From an uncultured Peptococcaceae bacterium (GTDB lineage: Bacteria > Bacillota > Peptococcia > Peptococcales > Peptococcaceae), in the NCBI GenBank assembly GCA_963558655.1, contig CAUWHJ010000008.1, positions 3,688 to 67,687 of the forward strand: a DNA stretch of 64,000 bases. The letters are read 5' to 3'. The notes below the pieces were generated by a model. The model did no database searches. It was not told where the DNA came from and saw nothing but the letters and a program-made list of their open reading frames with translations. A program made the position numbers and the translations under genes. Position 1 is the stretch's first letter. Every line of letters starts with the position of its first letter. Positions 9,529-18,857 of the stretch are shown piece after piece.

Positions 9529-10472
9529 AGAAACTTGTTGTATTAGAACCTCTTAGCGTACCAAACGACGTGCTTGAAGGAATGTTGCAGGAAAAGTTGG
9601 GCGGACAGGTAGAATGGACCCTCTATGATAAGCGTGCCACTTCTGATGAAGAAATGATTGAACGCGCAAAAGATGCAGAACTGGTGGTGATTGCCAATCA
9701 GCCAATGAGCGCCAATGTCATGGAGCATCTTGAAAAAATTGAACTTTTGGCTGTTGCTTTCACTGGTTTTGATCACATTCCAATGGACGTGTGCAAAGCC
9801 AAAGGCGTTACCGTTTGCAATGCCAGTGGTTATTCCAATGAAGCGGTGACCGACCTTGTATTCGGCATGACCATCTCTTTGCTGCGTAATATGCGCGAAT
9901 GTGACAAGGTGGTACGCGAAGGTGGTACCATGGCTGGTCTTGTAGGGCAGGAACTTTCTGCGCTTAAGTTTGGCGTTGTGGGTTGTGGGCACATTGCACA
10001 GCAGGTGCTTAAAGTTGCTCAAGCCTTCGGCTGCGAATGCTATGCGTATAACCGCACACCTAAGACCATCGAGGGTGTGACCTTTGTAGATTTGGATACG
10101 CTCATGTCAACGTGTGATGTTGTTTCTGTACATCTGGCGATGAACGACCAAACCCGTGGCTTCATTGGCAAGAAAGAAATTGATGAAATGAAACCAACCG
10201 CCATTCTCATTAACTGTGCGCGTGGTCCAATCGTTGACATTGATGCACTGGCTCAGGCACTTAACGAAGGACGTCTTGGCGGTGCCGGTATTGATGTGTT
10301 CTACACCGAACCACCACTGGAAGCTGGTCACCCACTGTTCACCACGCCACACACCCTGCTGACGCCACACGTTGCCTTCGCTACCGACGAGGCTTTTGTA
10401 AAACGTGCCAACATTGTCACGGATAACATTGCAGCGTTCCTGTCTGGTGCACCAACGAACGTTGTTGGCTAA
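9525..10472 (+). CDS. D-isomer-specific 2-hydroxyacid dehydrogenase (NAD-dependent)
   Basis: GxGxxG fold motif GVVGCGHIAQQV. Catalytic context NCARGPIVD ... TPHVAF. ATGA overlap with the upstream gene. Confidence 0.85.
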   Translation: MKKLVVLEPLSVPNDVLEGMLQEKLGGQVEWTLYDKRATSDEEMIERAKDAELVVIANQPMSANVMEHLEKIELLAVAFTGFDHIPMDVCKAKGVTVCNASGYSNEAVTDLVFGMTISLLRNMRECDKVVREGGTMAGLVGQELSALKFGVVGCGHIAQQVLKVAQAFGCECYAYNRTPKTIEGVTFVDLDTLMSTCDVVSVHLAMNDQTRGFIGKKEIDEMKPTAILINCARGPIVDIDALAQALNEGRLGGAGIDVFYTEPPLEAGHPLFTTPHTLLTPHVAFATDEAFVKRANIVTDNIAAFLSGAPTNVVG

Positions 10473-10529
10473 CACAAACGTATAAAACATAAGTTTTAGA
10501 ACACAGAATGATAAAAAATATTGATAAAA

Positions 10530-10559
10530 CGGCTCTCCGAGAATGGAGAGCCGTTTTTT
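10530..10559 (+). terminator. Intrinsic terminator
   Basis: cggctctcc-gagaat-ggagagccg followed by tttttt. Confidence 0.9.
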
Positions 10560-10630
10560 GCGCTCATGTAGGGAGAACCCCTTGTTTTTAAGCGTAATTT
10601 AAGGCGCAACCACGCTGCTTTTAGGGCAAT

Positions 10631-10690
10631 AAAGGGTGGAAATTGTGAGGAAATTAGTGTAAAGTGGAGAGGAAAGGGACGAAGTGGGAG
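10631..10690 (+). promoter_or_regulatory. Candidate MraZ operator: array of (A)AAGTGG/GTGNG repeats
   Basis: GTGG/GTGA/GTGT/GTGG/GTGGG cores begin at 10636, 10645, 10657, 10664 and 10684, immediately upstream of mraZ. The spacing is irregular. Confidence 0.3.
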
Positions 10691-10717
10691 AAGATGGTTG
10701 GAAGGAGCACGATATTT

Positions 10718-11143
10718 ATGTTTTTAGGAGAATATAAACATACTATTGACAATAAATGTCGGCTTACCATTCCTGCTAAATTTCGCGAGCGATTAGGTCC
10801 TCAATGTGTTGTTGCAAAAGGACTTGATGGCTGTCTCACCGTTTATCCAATGGACGAATGGGCGTTGGTTTGCGAAAAAATTGACGCTAAACCTTCCAGC
10901 GATTTGAAAGTCCGCCGTTTCAAGCGACTGTTTTACGCCAGTGCCAGTGTTGAAGAATTAGACAAGCAGGGACGCTTGTCCATTCCACCGGCGTTGAAAG
11001 AGTATGCAGGGATTGAAAAAGATGTTTTTGTCGTGGGAGAATCCAACACGTTTGAACTTTGGAGTGCAGAACGTTGGTCTTCTCAGCAAGCTGAAGAGGA
11101 AGAGGAATCTTTTGAAGAGCTTGCCGGCTTTTTGGGGATTTAA
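10718..11143 (+). CDS. mraZ: Transcriptional regulator MraZ
   Basis: Two DxxxR repeats (DNKCRLTIP, DKQGRLSIP). ATG 10718 lies behind RBS ggaaggag. First gene of the dcw cluster. Confidence 0.95.
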   Translation: MFLGEYKHTIDNKCRLTIPAKFRERLGPQCVVAKGLDGCLTVYPMDEWALVCEKIDAKPSSDLKVRRFKRLFYASASVEELDKQGRLSIPPALKEYAGIEKDVFVVGESNTFELWSAERWSSQQAEEEEESFEELAGFLGI

Positions 11144-11157
11144 GGATGGTGGCAAGT

Positions 11158-12117
11158 ATGGCGTTTCAACACATACCAGTGCTCTATAACGAGGTGCTTG
11201 AAGGGCTGGCGCTGAAAACGGGTGGAACCTATGTGGACGGTACCGTTGGTGGCGGCGGACATTCAAGCGGTATCCTTGCCGGTATCGGCAAAGAAGGGCG
11301 TTTGCTGGCCATTGATCAGGATAAAAACGCTTTGGCAGCGGCTAAAGAACGGCTGGCACCTTATGCAGATCAGGTGACCTTTTTTCATGCCAATTTTGTG
11401 GAAATGCCCGCCATTATTGATACCTACGCACCAGATGGGGTAGATGGCATTTTGATAGATATTGGTGTGTCTTCTCCGCAAATTGATGATGCCAGTCGTG
11501 GCTTCAGCTATATGCACGATGCACCACTGGATATGCGCATGAATCGAGACGCCGCCTTCTCTGCTTACGAGCTTGTTAATGAATATGACGAGGACGCTTT
11601 GGAACGGGTGCTGAGGGAATATGGCGAAGAAAAATGGTCCAGGCGTATTGCCAAAATCATTGTGGAACGTCGGGCGCTTGCGCCGATTGAAACCACCTTT
11701 CAGTTGGTAGATTGCATTGAGCGTGCGATTCCAAAGGGCGCACGAGAAAAGGGCTCTCATGTGGCAAAGCGCAGTTTTCAAGCCATTCGCATTGAAGTGA
11801 ACCATGAGCTGGAAGTGCTGGAAAATGTTCTTGACCAGGCGACGGAGCGTTTGAAAATTGGCGGACGCATGGCTGTTATTACGTTCCACTCGCTGGAAGA
11901 TCGTATTGTCAAACAGCATTTCAAATATTTGGCAAGTGATTGTATTTGCCCGCCGGAATTGCCGTTTTGTCAATGTGATAAGATGGCAACGGTGAAAATT
12001 ATTACACGAAAACCGATCGTTGCTTCAAAAGAGGAGCTGGCACAAAATTCACGGGCAGGGAGTGCCAAACTCCGTATTGTAGAAAAAATCCCTGCCACAA
12101 AACGAAAAAAATATTAA
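11158..12117 (+). CDS. rsmH: 16S rRNA (cytosine1402-N4)-methyltransferase
   Basis: N-terminus MAFQHIPVL and SAM motif DGTVGGGGHS (the track ORF starts at 11146). Confidence 0.95.
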   Translation: MAFQHIPVLYNEVLEGLALKTGGTYVDGTVGGGGHSSGILAGIGKEGRLLAIDQDKNALAAAKERLAPYADQVTFFHANFVEMPAIIDTYAPDGVDGILIDIGVSSPQIDDASRGFSYMHDAPLDMRMNRDAAFSAYELVNEYDEDALERVLREYGEEKWSRRIAKIIVERRALAPIETTFQLVDCIERAIPKGAREKGSHVAKRSFQAIRIEVNHELEVLENVLDQATERLKIGGRMAVITFHSLEDRIVKQHFKYLASDCICPPELPFCQCDKMATVKIITRKPIVASKEELAQNSRAGSAKLRIVEKIPATKRKKY

Positions 12118-12122
12118 ACGAG

Positions 12123-12593
12123 ATGCTGGGGATGATAGCCATGGGTGCAGCGAGAAAACAAGAAGAGAGAGTGGATTCCTTCCAAGGAGCCATCAAACAG
12201 AAAAATGGGGCAGAGAATAGTATGTTTAGCACGAATTCAAAGCGGGCGATTGCTAAAAAGCAAAATGAACGTGTTTTGCGTAGAAAATTTGAAAAAAAGA
12301 AACCGCGCCTGACTGTGCTTCGTGCTCTCATCATTGCATTTATTTTAGGTGTCTTGTGTGTCGCTCAGTATGGGATCATTCAGGATATGGGCTTGACGAT
12401 TAACACCAAGCAGCAGGATTTGGATGACATCAATGCTGAAAATGAAGCGTTGAAGCAGGAAAGTGCAGCGTTGAGCAACCGCAGCGTGGTTAAAGAAAAA
12501 GCCGAGAAAGAGCTTGGTATGCAGGAAGCAGAGAGCATCATTGTTTACACACCGTCAACGCCGCAGCAGGGGCAGGCTGACGACGCACAATAA
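12123..12593 (+). CDS. ftsL: FtsL-like cell-division protein
   Basis: Single TM (LRALIIAFILGVLCVAQYGII) followed by a coiled-coil (QQDLDDINAENEALKQE). Canonical position between rsmH and the PBP. Basic N-terminal extension of about 60 aa; start uncertain. Confidence 0.6.
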   Translation: MLGMIAMGAARKQEERVDSFQGAIKQKNGAENSMFSTNSKRAIAKKQNERVLRRKFEKKKPRLTVLRALIIAFILGVLCVAQYGIIQDMGLTINTKQQDLDDINAENEALKQESAALSNRSVVKEKAEKELGMQEAESIIVYTPSTPQQGQADDAQ

Positions 12594-12608
12594 GGAGTTG
12601 TTTGAATC

Positions 12609-14885
12609 ATGGAGCCCCATAAAACACGTATTCCTTTTATCATTGTTTTTGCTTTTTGTCTTTTAGCGTTCTTTATTTCAGCAAAACTGTTTTATGTACA
12701 GATTTTGGCCAGTGAGCGTTACAGTGACGAATCGCTCAATAACCGTTTGCAAAATGTAGAAATTACGCCAAATCGCGGCATTATCTACGATCGCAACGAT
12801 GAAGCGATGGCGATTAGTGTAGAAAAAATGTCGGTATATATTACACCATCGGTTATTAAAGATTCTGATAGCCGTGACAAGATTGTTGACGATATTGTAA
12901 AATGTTTGCATATGTCACGCTCGGAAGTGAATAAAATTATCGACGAAAGCAGCAGCGATTTCGCCTGGCTGAAACGTCAGTGTGAAAAAGAAGATGCGCT
13001 GAAATTACAGGAAAAAGACTATCTCGGTATTGGTTTCACAACAGAATATGCGAGAGAATATCCAAATAACGAAGAAGCTTGTCATGTGTTGGGCTTTTGT
13101 GGTTTGGACAATCAGGGGTTGGCTGGTATTGAGTTGCAGTATGACGATACGCTGGCTGGCACACCTGGGCGTTTGGTGGTTGAGTATGATAAACTTGGCA
13201 ATGCCATTCCACAATCCATTCAAGAATCTATTCCGGCTTCTCAGGGGCAAAATGTGCATCTGACGCTTGATTCAACGGTTCAATATTATGTAGAATCAGC
13301 GTTAGAAGCTGCTCAGGAGAAACAGCCGGCCGAAGCAATGACAAGCATTGTTATGGATGTGAATACTGGTGAGATTTTGGCAATGGCCAATACCCAAGAC
13401 TTTGATCCTAACAATTATGGCGATTATGAGCCCGAAACCTGGACAAATCTTGCCATTTCAAAACTCTATGAGCCGGGGTCGACGTTCAAAAGTGTGACGA
13501 CGTCGATGTATCTTGAAGAAGACATTGTTGAACCAGATACGCAGTTGTATTGCCCTGGCTATGTGATGATTGATGGTCACCGTTTTCAGGACTGGGATTA
13601 TCCAGAAGGCGATGGCTTGCAAACCATGAAGCACGCTTTGGAGCAGTCGTGCAACGTGGCGCAGGCAGAGAATGTCAGCAAACTGGGGTATGAACGTTTC
13701 TATGATTACCTCGAAGGGTTTGGTATGACAGAACGTACTGGTATTGATTTGCCTTCGGAATCTTCACCGCTTTTGATTGATCAGAAAGATGCTGTTGACA
13801 TTGACCTGGCTTCTTCTGCGATTGGTCAGGGTAATGCTTATACGGCACTTCAAGTAATTACAGCTTTTTCCGCTGTTGTGAATGGTGGCAAATTGATGAA
13901 GCCACAGATTGTTTCAAAAATTACTGATGACAAAGGTAAAGTTGTCAGTGAGACAAAGCCAGAAGTGGTGCGGCAGGTGATTTCGGAAGAAACTTCTGCT
14001 GAGATGCGTGATATGCTTGAAGGCGTTGTTGAAGAAGGCCTCGGGACAGGCGGCGCTGTGGAAGGTTATCGTGTTGGTGGCAAAACCGGTACAGCAGAAA
14101 TCGCTCAAGGTGGGACTTATATGGATGGCACCTACATCCTTAGTTTCATGGGCTTTGCACCGGTGGACGATCCAAAATATGCTTGTCTGGTGGTTGTAGA
14201 CAGCCCAGAAGGCGGCGGTAATAGTGGCACATTAGCAGGTAATATTTTTGCTGACATCATGGGCAATGTGCTGAATTATTATCAGGTACCACAAACGGAA
14301 GCCCCAAGCGCTGAGAATGAAAATATTACAGAGGCTGAGGAAGGCGAAACTGTTGTTGTGCCAGATCTGGATTTACCAATGAGCACCGAAGAAGCGCGTG
14401 CCATTATGGCAGAAGCAGGCTTGCAGGTGTCGGATGTTACCACCGGCGACCAGTTGGTATGTTGTCTGCCTGCACCAGGTTCCAAAGTGACGGCTGGTTC
14501 CACCATAGAGTTTTACAGCATCAATTCTAATAGCGACAGTATTACGCTGCCATCTTTTGAAGGGAAAACCATCAAAGATGTGGATATGATTCTTCATGGT
14601 TTTGGCTTAGAATCTAAACTTTCCGGCAGTGGCTTGGCTTATCGTCAACAGCCGCAAGCAGGAACCACTGTTTTGCGCGGCGATGAAATTAAAGTTTGGT
14701 TCGCCGGACGAGACGAATTAGCGAATATTGAAGCGGCGGCACAGGAACTTGAAGAAGAAGCAAACAGCCGTACCTCGCAAGATGCAACAGAAAATAACAA
14801 TACAACCTCAAACAGCAATGCGTCCGGACAAAGTACATCGAATTCTTCTCAAAAAGAAGACAATGATGACGAGGAAGGCGGCTGA
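12609..14885 (+). CDS. ftsI: Class B penicillin-binding protein (FtsI/PBP2B type) with C-terminal PASTA repeats
   Basis: SxxK (STFK), SxN (SCN) and KTG (GKTGT) motifs. Two PASTA-like repeats. N/S/T/D-rich low-complexity tail. Confidence 0.9.
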   Translation: MEPHKTRIPFIIVFAFCLLAFFISAKLFYVQILASERYSDESLNNRLQNVEITPNRGIIYDRNDEAMAISVEKMSVYITPSVIKDSDSRDKIVDDIVKCLHMSRSEVNKIIDESSSDFAWLKRQCEKEDALKLQEKDYLGIGFTTEYAREYPNNEEACHVLGFCGLDNQGLAGIELQYDDTLAGTPGRLVVEYDKLGNAIPQSIQESIPASQGQNVHLTLDSTVQYYVESALEAAQEKQPAEAMTSIVMDVNTGEILAMANTQDFDPNNYGDYEPETWTNLAISKLYEPGSTFKSVTTSMYLEEDIVEPDTQLYCPGYVMIDGHRFQDWDYPEGDGLQTMKHALEQSCNVAQAENVSKLGYERFYDYLEGFGMTERTGIDLPSESSPLLIDQKDAVDIDLASSAIGQGNAYTALQVITAFSAVVNGGKLMKPQIVSKITDDKGKVVSETKPEVVRQVISEETSAEMRDMLEGVVEEGLGTGGAVEGYRVGGKTGTAEIAQGGTYMDGTYILSFMGFAPVDDPKYACLVVVDSPEGGGNSGTLAGNIFADIMGNVLNYYQVPQTEAPSAENENITEAEEGETVVVPDLDLPMSTEEARAIMAEAGLQVSDVTTGDQLVCCLPAPGSKVTAGSTIEFYSINSNSDSITLPSFEGKTIKDVDMILHGFGLESKLSGSGLAYRQQPQAGTTVLRGDEIKVWFAGRDELANIEAAAQELEEEANSRTSQDATENNNTTSNSNASGQSTSNSSQKEDNDDEEGG

Positions 14886-15012
14886 CAAATTGTAAAAGCG
14901 TGTGCAAAGCACGCTCATGACGATTGAATCATCGCTCATTACTTCATAGCTTAGAGAAGCCGGAGAGTGCTTAGGCATTTCCGGCTTACTCGATTTAATG
15001 GAGGATAACATT

Positions 15013-16407
15013 ATGTATCATATTCCAATCGACCAAATCGCCCAGGAACTGGGGTGTGACTATCATGGCCCGCAAGGGGTGGTCATTCGCCGTGTGGTGT
15101 TTGACAGTCGCGAGGTAGAAGCTGGCGATTTATTTGTGGCCATTCGTGGCGCGCGTGTTGATGGGCATCGCTTTGTACAGCAAGCCATTGCTGCTGGTGC
15201 TTGTGCGGTGGTAGTTGACGAGAAACATTCTTTTACCGATGCAGCAGTGGGCTGTTTGGTGGCAGAAGACGGCCAGGCTTTCATTCAAGCGTTGGGGCAG
15301 TGGTGCCGCACACATTTCACAGGACCGGTGATTGCCATCACCGGCAGTCAGGGGAAAACCAGCACCAAGGATTTGCTGGCACAAGTGTGCGGGCGTTCTC
15401 ACACTGTTGTGGTGACGAAAGAAAACCAGAACAACGAATTGGGCCTGCCGCTTACCCTGACCCGTCTGGATGAAAATACGCAGATTCTTATTGTGGAAAT
15501 GGGCATGACAGGCTTTGGTGAAATTGATTTCCTTTGTCAGTTGGCCTGCCCAACCCACGCCATTATCACCGGTATTGGTCTGGTTCATGCCGAATATTTG
15601 GGTAGCCAGCAAGGTATTGCGCGTGCAAAAACAGAGCTTTTCAAGTATCTGCCGGAAAATGGTACAGTGGCGTTGCGTATGAAGGATAAAGATCTTGTGG
15701 CGCCCTATTTGGAAGAGTGTGCGGCGCAGATTGTCTGGTGTGGTGATGCCAGTGAAGGCGGCGATGTGACCAGCCAGAATGTGGTGTTGAATGCTGAGAG
15801 CAGCCAGTTTGTTTGCCAGCTGCCAACGGACCAGTTTGATGTGAATCTGCCATTTGCAGGACGACATTTTGTAGATAATGCGCTTTTGGTTACAGCCGTA
15901 GCACGCGCTATTGACATTTCGGTAGCAGACATTCAAAATGGATTAGGGTCGGCAGTTTCTTTGTCGTCCAGTCGCATGGAAATGCATGAATTGGCAGGCG
16001 GACGCCTATTGATTAACGATTGCTATAACGCCAATCCGGATTCTATGATAGCAACGTTAGATGTGCTGGCCGGTTATCAGCCACGCCCAACCGTGGCCTG
16101 CCTTGGGAATATGTATGAACTTGGGCAGTACGAACACGAAGGTCATGCCAAAGTGGGGCGTCATTTAGCGGCGCGTGGCATTGACTATCTGATTTGCCTG
16201 GGCACGTTGGCGGAAGAAATTGGCACAAGTGCCATTGCCGCAGGCATGGCCTATGCGAAGGTGTTCTTTGTAGATACCAACAAACAAGTGGCAACTATTC
16301 TTGAAGAATATGCACCGGAGGATGCTGTTATCCTAGTAAAGGGCAGCAACAGCATGAAAATGGCAGACGTGTATCGTTCGCTGTTGAGCGATCAACGATT
16401 GGTTTAA
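15013..16407 (+). CDS. murF: UDP-MurNAc-tripeptide--D-Ala-D-Ala ligase
   Basis: P-loop ITGSQGKTSTKD and the MurF-type DCYNANPDSM motif. ATG 15013 lies 7 nt behind ggagga (the track ORF starts at 14998). Confidence 0.9.
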   Translation: MYHIPIDQIAQELGCDYHGPQGVVIRRVVFDSREVEAGDLFVAIRGARVDGHRFVQQAIAAGACAVVVDEKHSFTDAAVGCLVAEDGQAFIQALGQWCRTHFTGPVIAITGSQGKTSTKDLLAQVCGRSHTVVVTKENQNNELGLPLTLTRLDENTQILIVEMGMTGFGEIDFLCQLACPTHAIITGIGLVHAEYLGSQQGIARAKTELFKYLPENGTVALRMKDKDLVAPYLEECAAQIVWCGDASEGGDVTSQNVVLNAESSQFVCQLPTDQFDVNLPFAGRHFVDNALLVTAVARAIDISVADIQNGLGSAVSLSSSRMEMHELAGGRLLINDCYNANPDSMIATLDVLAGYQPRPTVACLGNMYELGQYEHEGHAKVGRHLAARGIDYLICLGTLAEEIGTSAIAAGMAYAKVFFVDTNKQVATILEEYAPEDAVILVKGSNSMKMADVYRSLLSDQRLV

Positions 16408-16523
16408 TACAACATGGTGGTTTAATGCCGTTTGTGTGCAAAACAAGGGGTTGACACATGGCTGGCGTTAGGCGGCTCCTAAAATTTTCTAAAAATAAAC
16501 TTTAGCGGCGGGAGGAACAGAAT

Positions 16524-17483
16524 ATGTGGGCATTAGGATTTGCAATCAGTTTGGTGATCGGTTTGGTGGTCGGTCATTTCATGATTCCTGTACTACATAA
16601 GTTGAAATTTGGCCAGTCCATTCGTGAAGAAGGGCCAAAGAGTCACCAGAAAAAACAGGGGACGCCAACCATGGGCGGCATTTTGTTTATGATTACGGTG
16701 GTGCTGACGTTATTAGTAACGGGTCAGTTTAGTGGTGTGACATGGTTCATTGTTGGCAGCGCCTTTCTCTTTGGCGGCATTGGCTTGGCTGATGATGCCA
16801 TTAAAATCGTTATGCACCACAATGAAGGTTTGACACCAAAGCAGAAAATTGTGTTGCAGCTTTTGGCGGCAATTTTGGTGATTTTCTGGGCATCTCGCCT
16901 GGATATGAATGTCAGCGATTTGTGGGTACCGCTCTTCAATGTTGTCTTGCCACTGGGTGTGGTGTATTGGCCAATCATGATTTTTATCATTTTGGGAACC
17001 ACCAACAGTGCCAATCTGACAGACGGCTTGGACGGCTTGCTGACCACGGTGAGCATCATCATTTTCTTGGGGCTTTTTGCGATTGTAAAACTCTACAACG
17101 AACCAAATTCCCTTGTGGTGATTGCAGTGATGCTTGGCGCTTGTCTGGCGTTCCTTTTCTACAACCGTCACCCGGCACGTGTGTTTATGGGTGACACAGG
17201 CAGCTTTTTTATCGGTGGTATGGTGGTTGCTTTAACCATGGTAACAAAAACAGAGCTGCTTATTCCGGTGTTGTGCTTCACCTACCTGATAGAAGCCTGC
17301 TCAGACATCATTCAGGTGCTGGTTTACAAAAAGACGAAGCGACGTGTTTTTCGTATGGCGCCGCTGCATCACCATTTTGAATTGGGTGGTCGCACGGAAA
17401 ATCAAGTGGTGCTTTTGTTTAGCATCATTACGCTGGTAACCAGCGTGCTGGCGGTTGCTATTTTCTGGACAGCCCTGCTGTAA
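16524..17483 (+). CDS. mraY: Phospho-MurNAc-pentapeptide translocase
   Basis: Polytopic protein with NLTDGLDGL and DTGS motifs. RBS ggagga upstream. Confidence 0.95.
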   Translation: MWALGFAISLVIGLVVGHFMIPVLHKLKFGQSIREEGPKSHQKKQGTPTMGGILFMITVVLTLLVTGQFSGVTWFIVGSAFLFGGIGLADDAIKIVMHHNEGLTPKQKIVLQLLAAILVIFWASRLDMNVSDLWVPLFNVVLPLGVVYWPIMIFIILGTTNSANLTDGLDGLLTTVSIIIFLGLFAIVKLYNEPNSLVVIAVMLGACLAFLFYNRHPARVFMGDTGSFFIGGMVVALTMVTKTELLIPVLCFTYLIEACSDIIQVLVYKKTKRRVFRMAPLHHHFELGGRTENQVVLLFSIITLVTSVLAVAIFWTALL

Positions 17484-17501
17484 TTATGAAGGAGAATGTG
17501 C

Positions 17502-18857
17502 ATGGGAGACGTTATTTTAATCATTGGAGCAGCTCGCAGCGGCATCGCCAGTGCGGAATATTTGCTCTCCATCGGAAAAAACATTGTTGTCAGTGATATG
17601 AATACCGCTTTGGCGGAACGTGTAGAGGCGCAGCTTGGCCATGCGTCTGTTTCCTATGTCTGGGGCAAACAGCCGGACGTGGCGGCATTGCAGCCGGAGC
17701 TGGTTGTGATGAGTCCAGGGGTGCCGCTGTCTATTCCACCGGTTGTGCAGGCAAAGGCATTGAATATTCCGGTGATTAGTGAACCGGAACTTGCTTTTCG
17801 TTATAGTAAAGTGCCTTTTGTGGCCATCACGGGGACAAACGGCAAAACAACAACCACAACCTTGGCGGCGCTGCTTTTGGAAAAAGAAGGGCGTCGTGTG
17901 GTGGCTGGCGGGAACATCGGCTTGCCGTTGATTAGCCAATGCCCACAAATGAGTGAGCAGGATATTGTGGTTGCCGAAATGAGCAGCTTCCAGCTTGAAA
18001 GTGTCGATAGTTTCCGGCCAAAGGTGGCTGTTGTGATGAATCTGACACCGGATCATCTTGACCGCCATAAAACCATGGAAGCTTATGCAGCGGCAAAGGC
18101 TAATATCTTTAAGAATCAACAGGCAGACGACTATTTGCTGCTCAATAAAGATGATGTGCTTGTGGCAGCGATGGCAGCAGAAGCAAAAAGCCATGTTTAC
18201 TTCTTCAGCCAAAAGGAAATTCTCGAAGAGGGAATGTGGCTGGAAGAGGGTGAAGTGCGCTATGCGCTGAGCAAGGGCGTACGTCCGGAAATGCTTATTG
18301 CCGCTAAAGACATTGGTATTCTTGGCAGCCACAATTTGCAAAATGCCATGGCGGCATCGTTGGCGGCCCTTTTAATGGGGCAAGATGCGAAAACGGTTGC
18401 CGAGCGTCTGCGTGCCTTCAAAGGTGTGGCGCATCGTATGGAGCCGGTAGCGACCATCGGTGGTGTGCTTTATGTCAACGATTCCAAAGGCACCAATCCT
18501 GATTCCACCGAAAAAGCGCTCGGCTCTTATGGCAAGCGGCCGATTGTGCTGATTGCCGGTGGGCGCAACAAAGGCAGCGACATGGCAGTTTTGGTGCCAC
18601 TGATGCGTGAACATTGCCGCGGCGTTGTGGTTGTTGGCGAAGCAACAGGTGATTTTGTTGATGCGTTCAAACGCACAGGCTACGAAGCGTATGTTTGTGC
18701 AGATTCTTTTGAAGAAGCGGTTGATAAAGCGCATAACATGGCGCAAGAAGGCGATGTTGTGCTGTTGTCGCCGGCTTGTGCAAGTTGGGATATGTTCGAT
18801 AACTTTGAACAACGCGGAGAACGATTCAAAGAACTGGTGAGAGGTTATGCAGTATAA
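17502..18857 (+). CDS. murD: UDP-MurNAc-L-Ala--D-Glu ligase
   Basis: ITGTNGKTTTT P-loop. ATG 17502 lies 7 nt behind aaggag (the track ORF starts at 17496). Confidence 0.95.
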   Translation: MGDVILIIGAARSGIASAEYLLSIGKNIVVSDMNTALAERVEAQLGHASVSYVWGKQPDVAALQPELVVMSPGVPLSIPPVVQAKALNIPVISEPELAFRYSKVPFVAITGTNGKTTTTTLAALLLEKEGRRVVAGGNIGLPLISQCPQMSEQDIVVAEMSSFQLESVDSFRPKVAVVMNLTPDHLDRHKTMEAYAAAKANIFKNQQADDYLLLNKDDVLVAAMAAEAKSHVYFFSQKEILEEGMWLEEGEVRYALSKGVRPEMLIAAKDIGILGSHNLQNAMAASLAALLMGQDAKTVAERLRAFKGVAHRMEPVATIGGVLYVNDSKGTNPDSTEKALGSYGKRPIVLIAGGRNKGSDMAVLVPLMREHCRGVVVVGEATGDFVDAFKRTGYEAYVCADSFEEAVDKAHNMAQEGDVVLLSPACASWDMFDNFEQRGERFKELVRGYAV

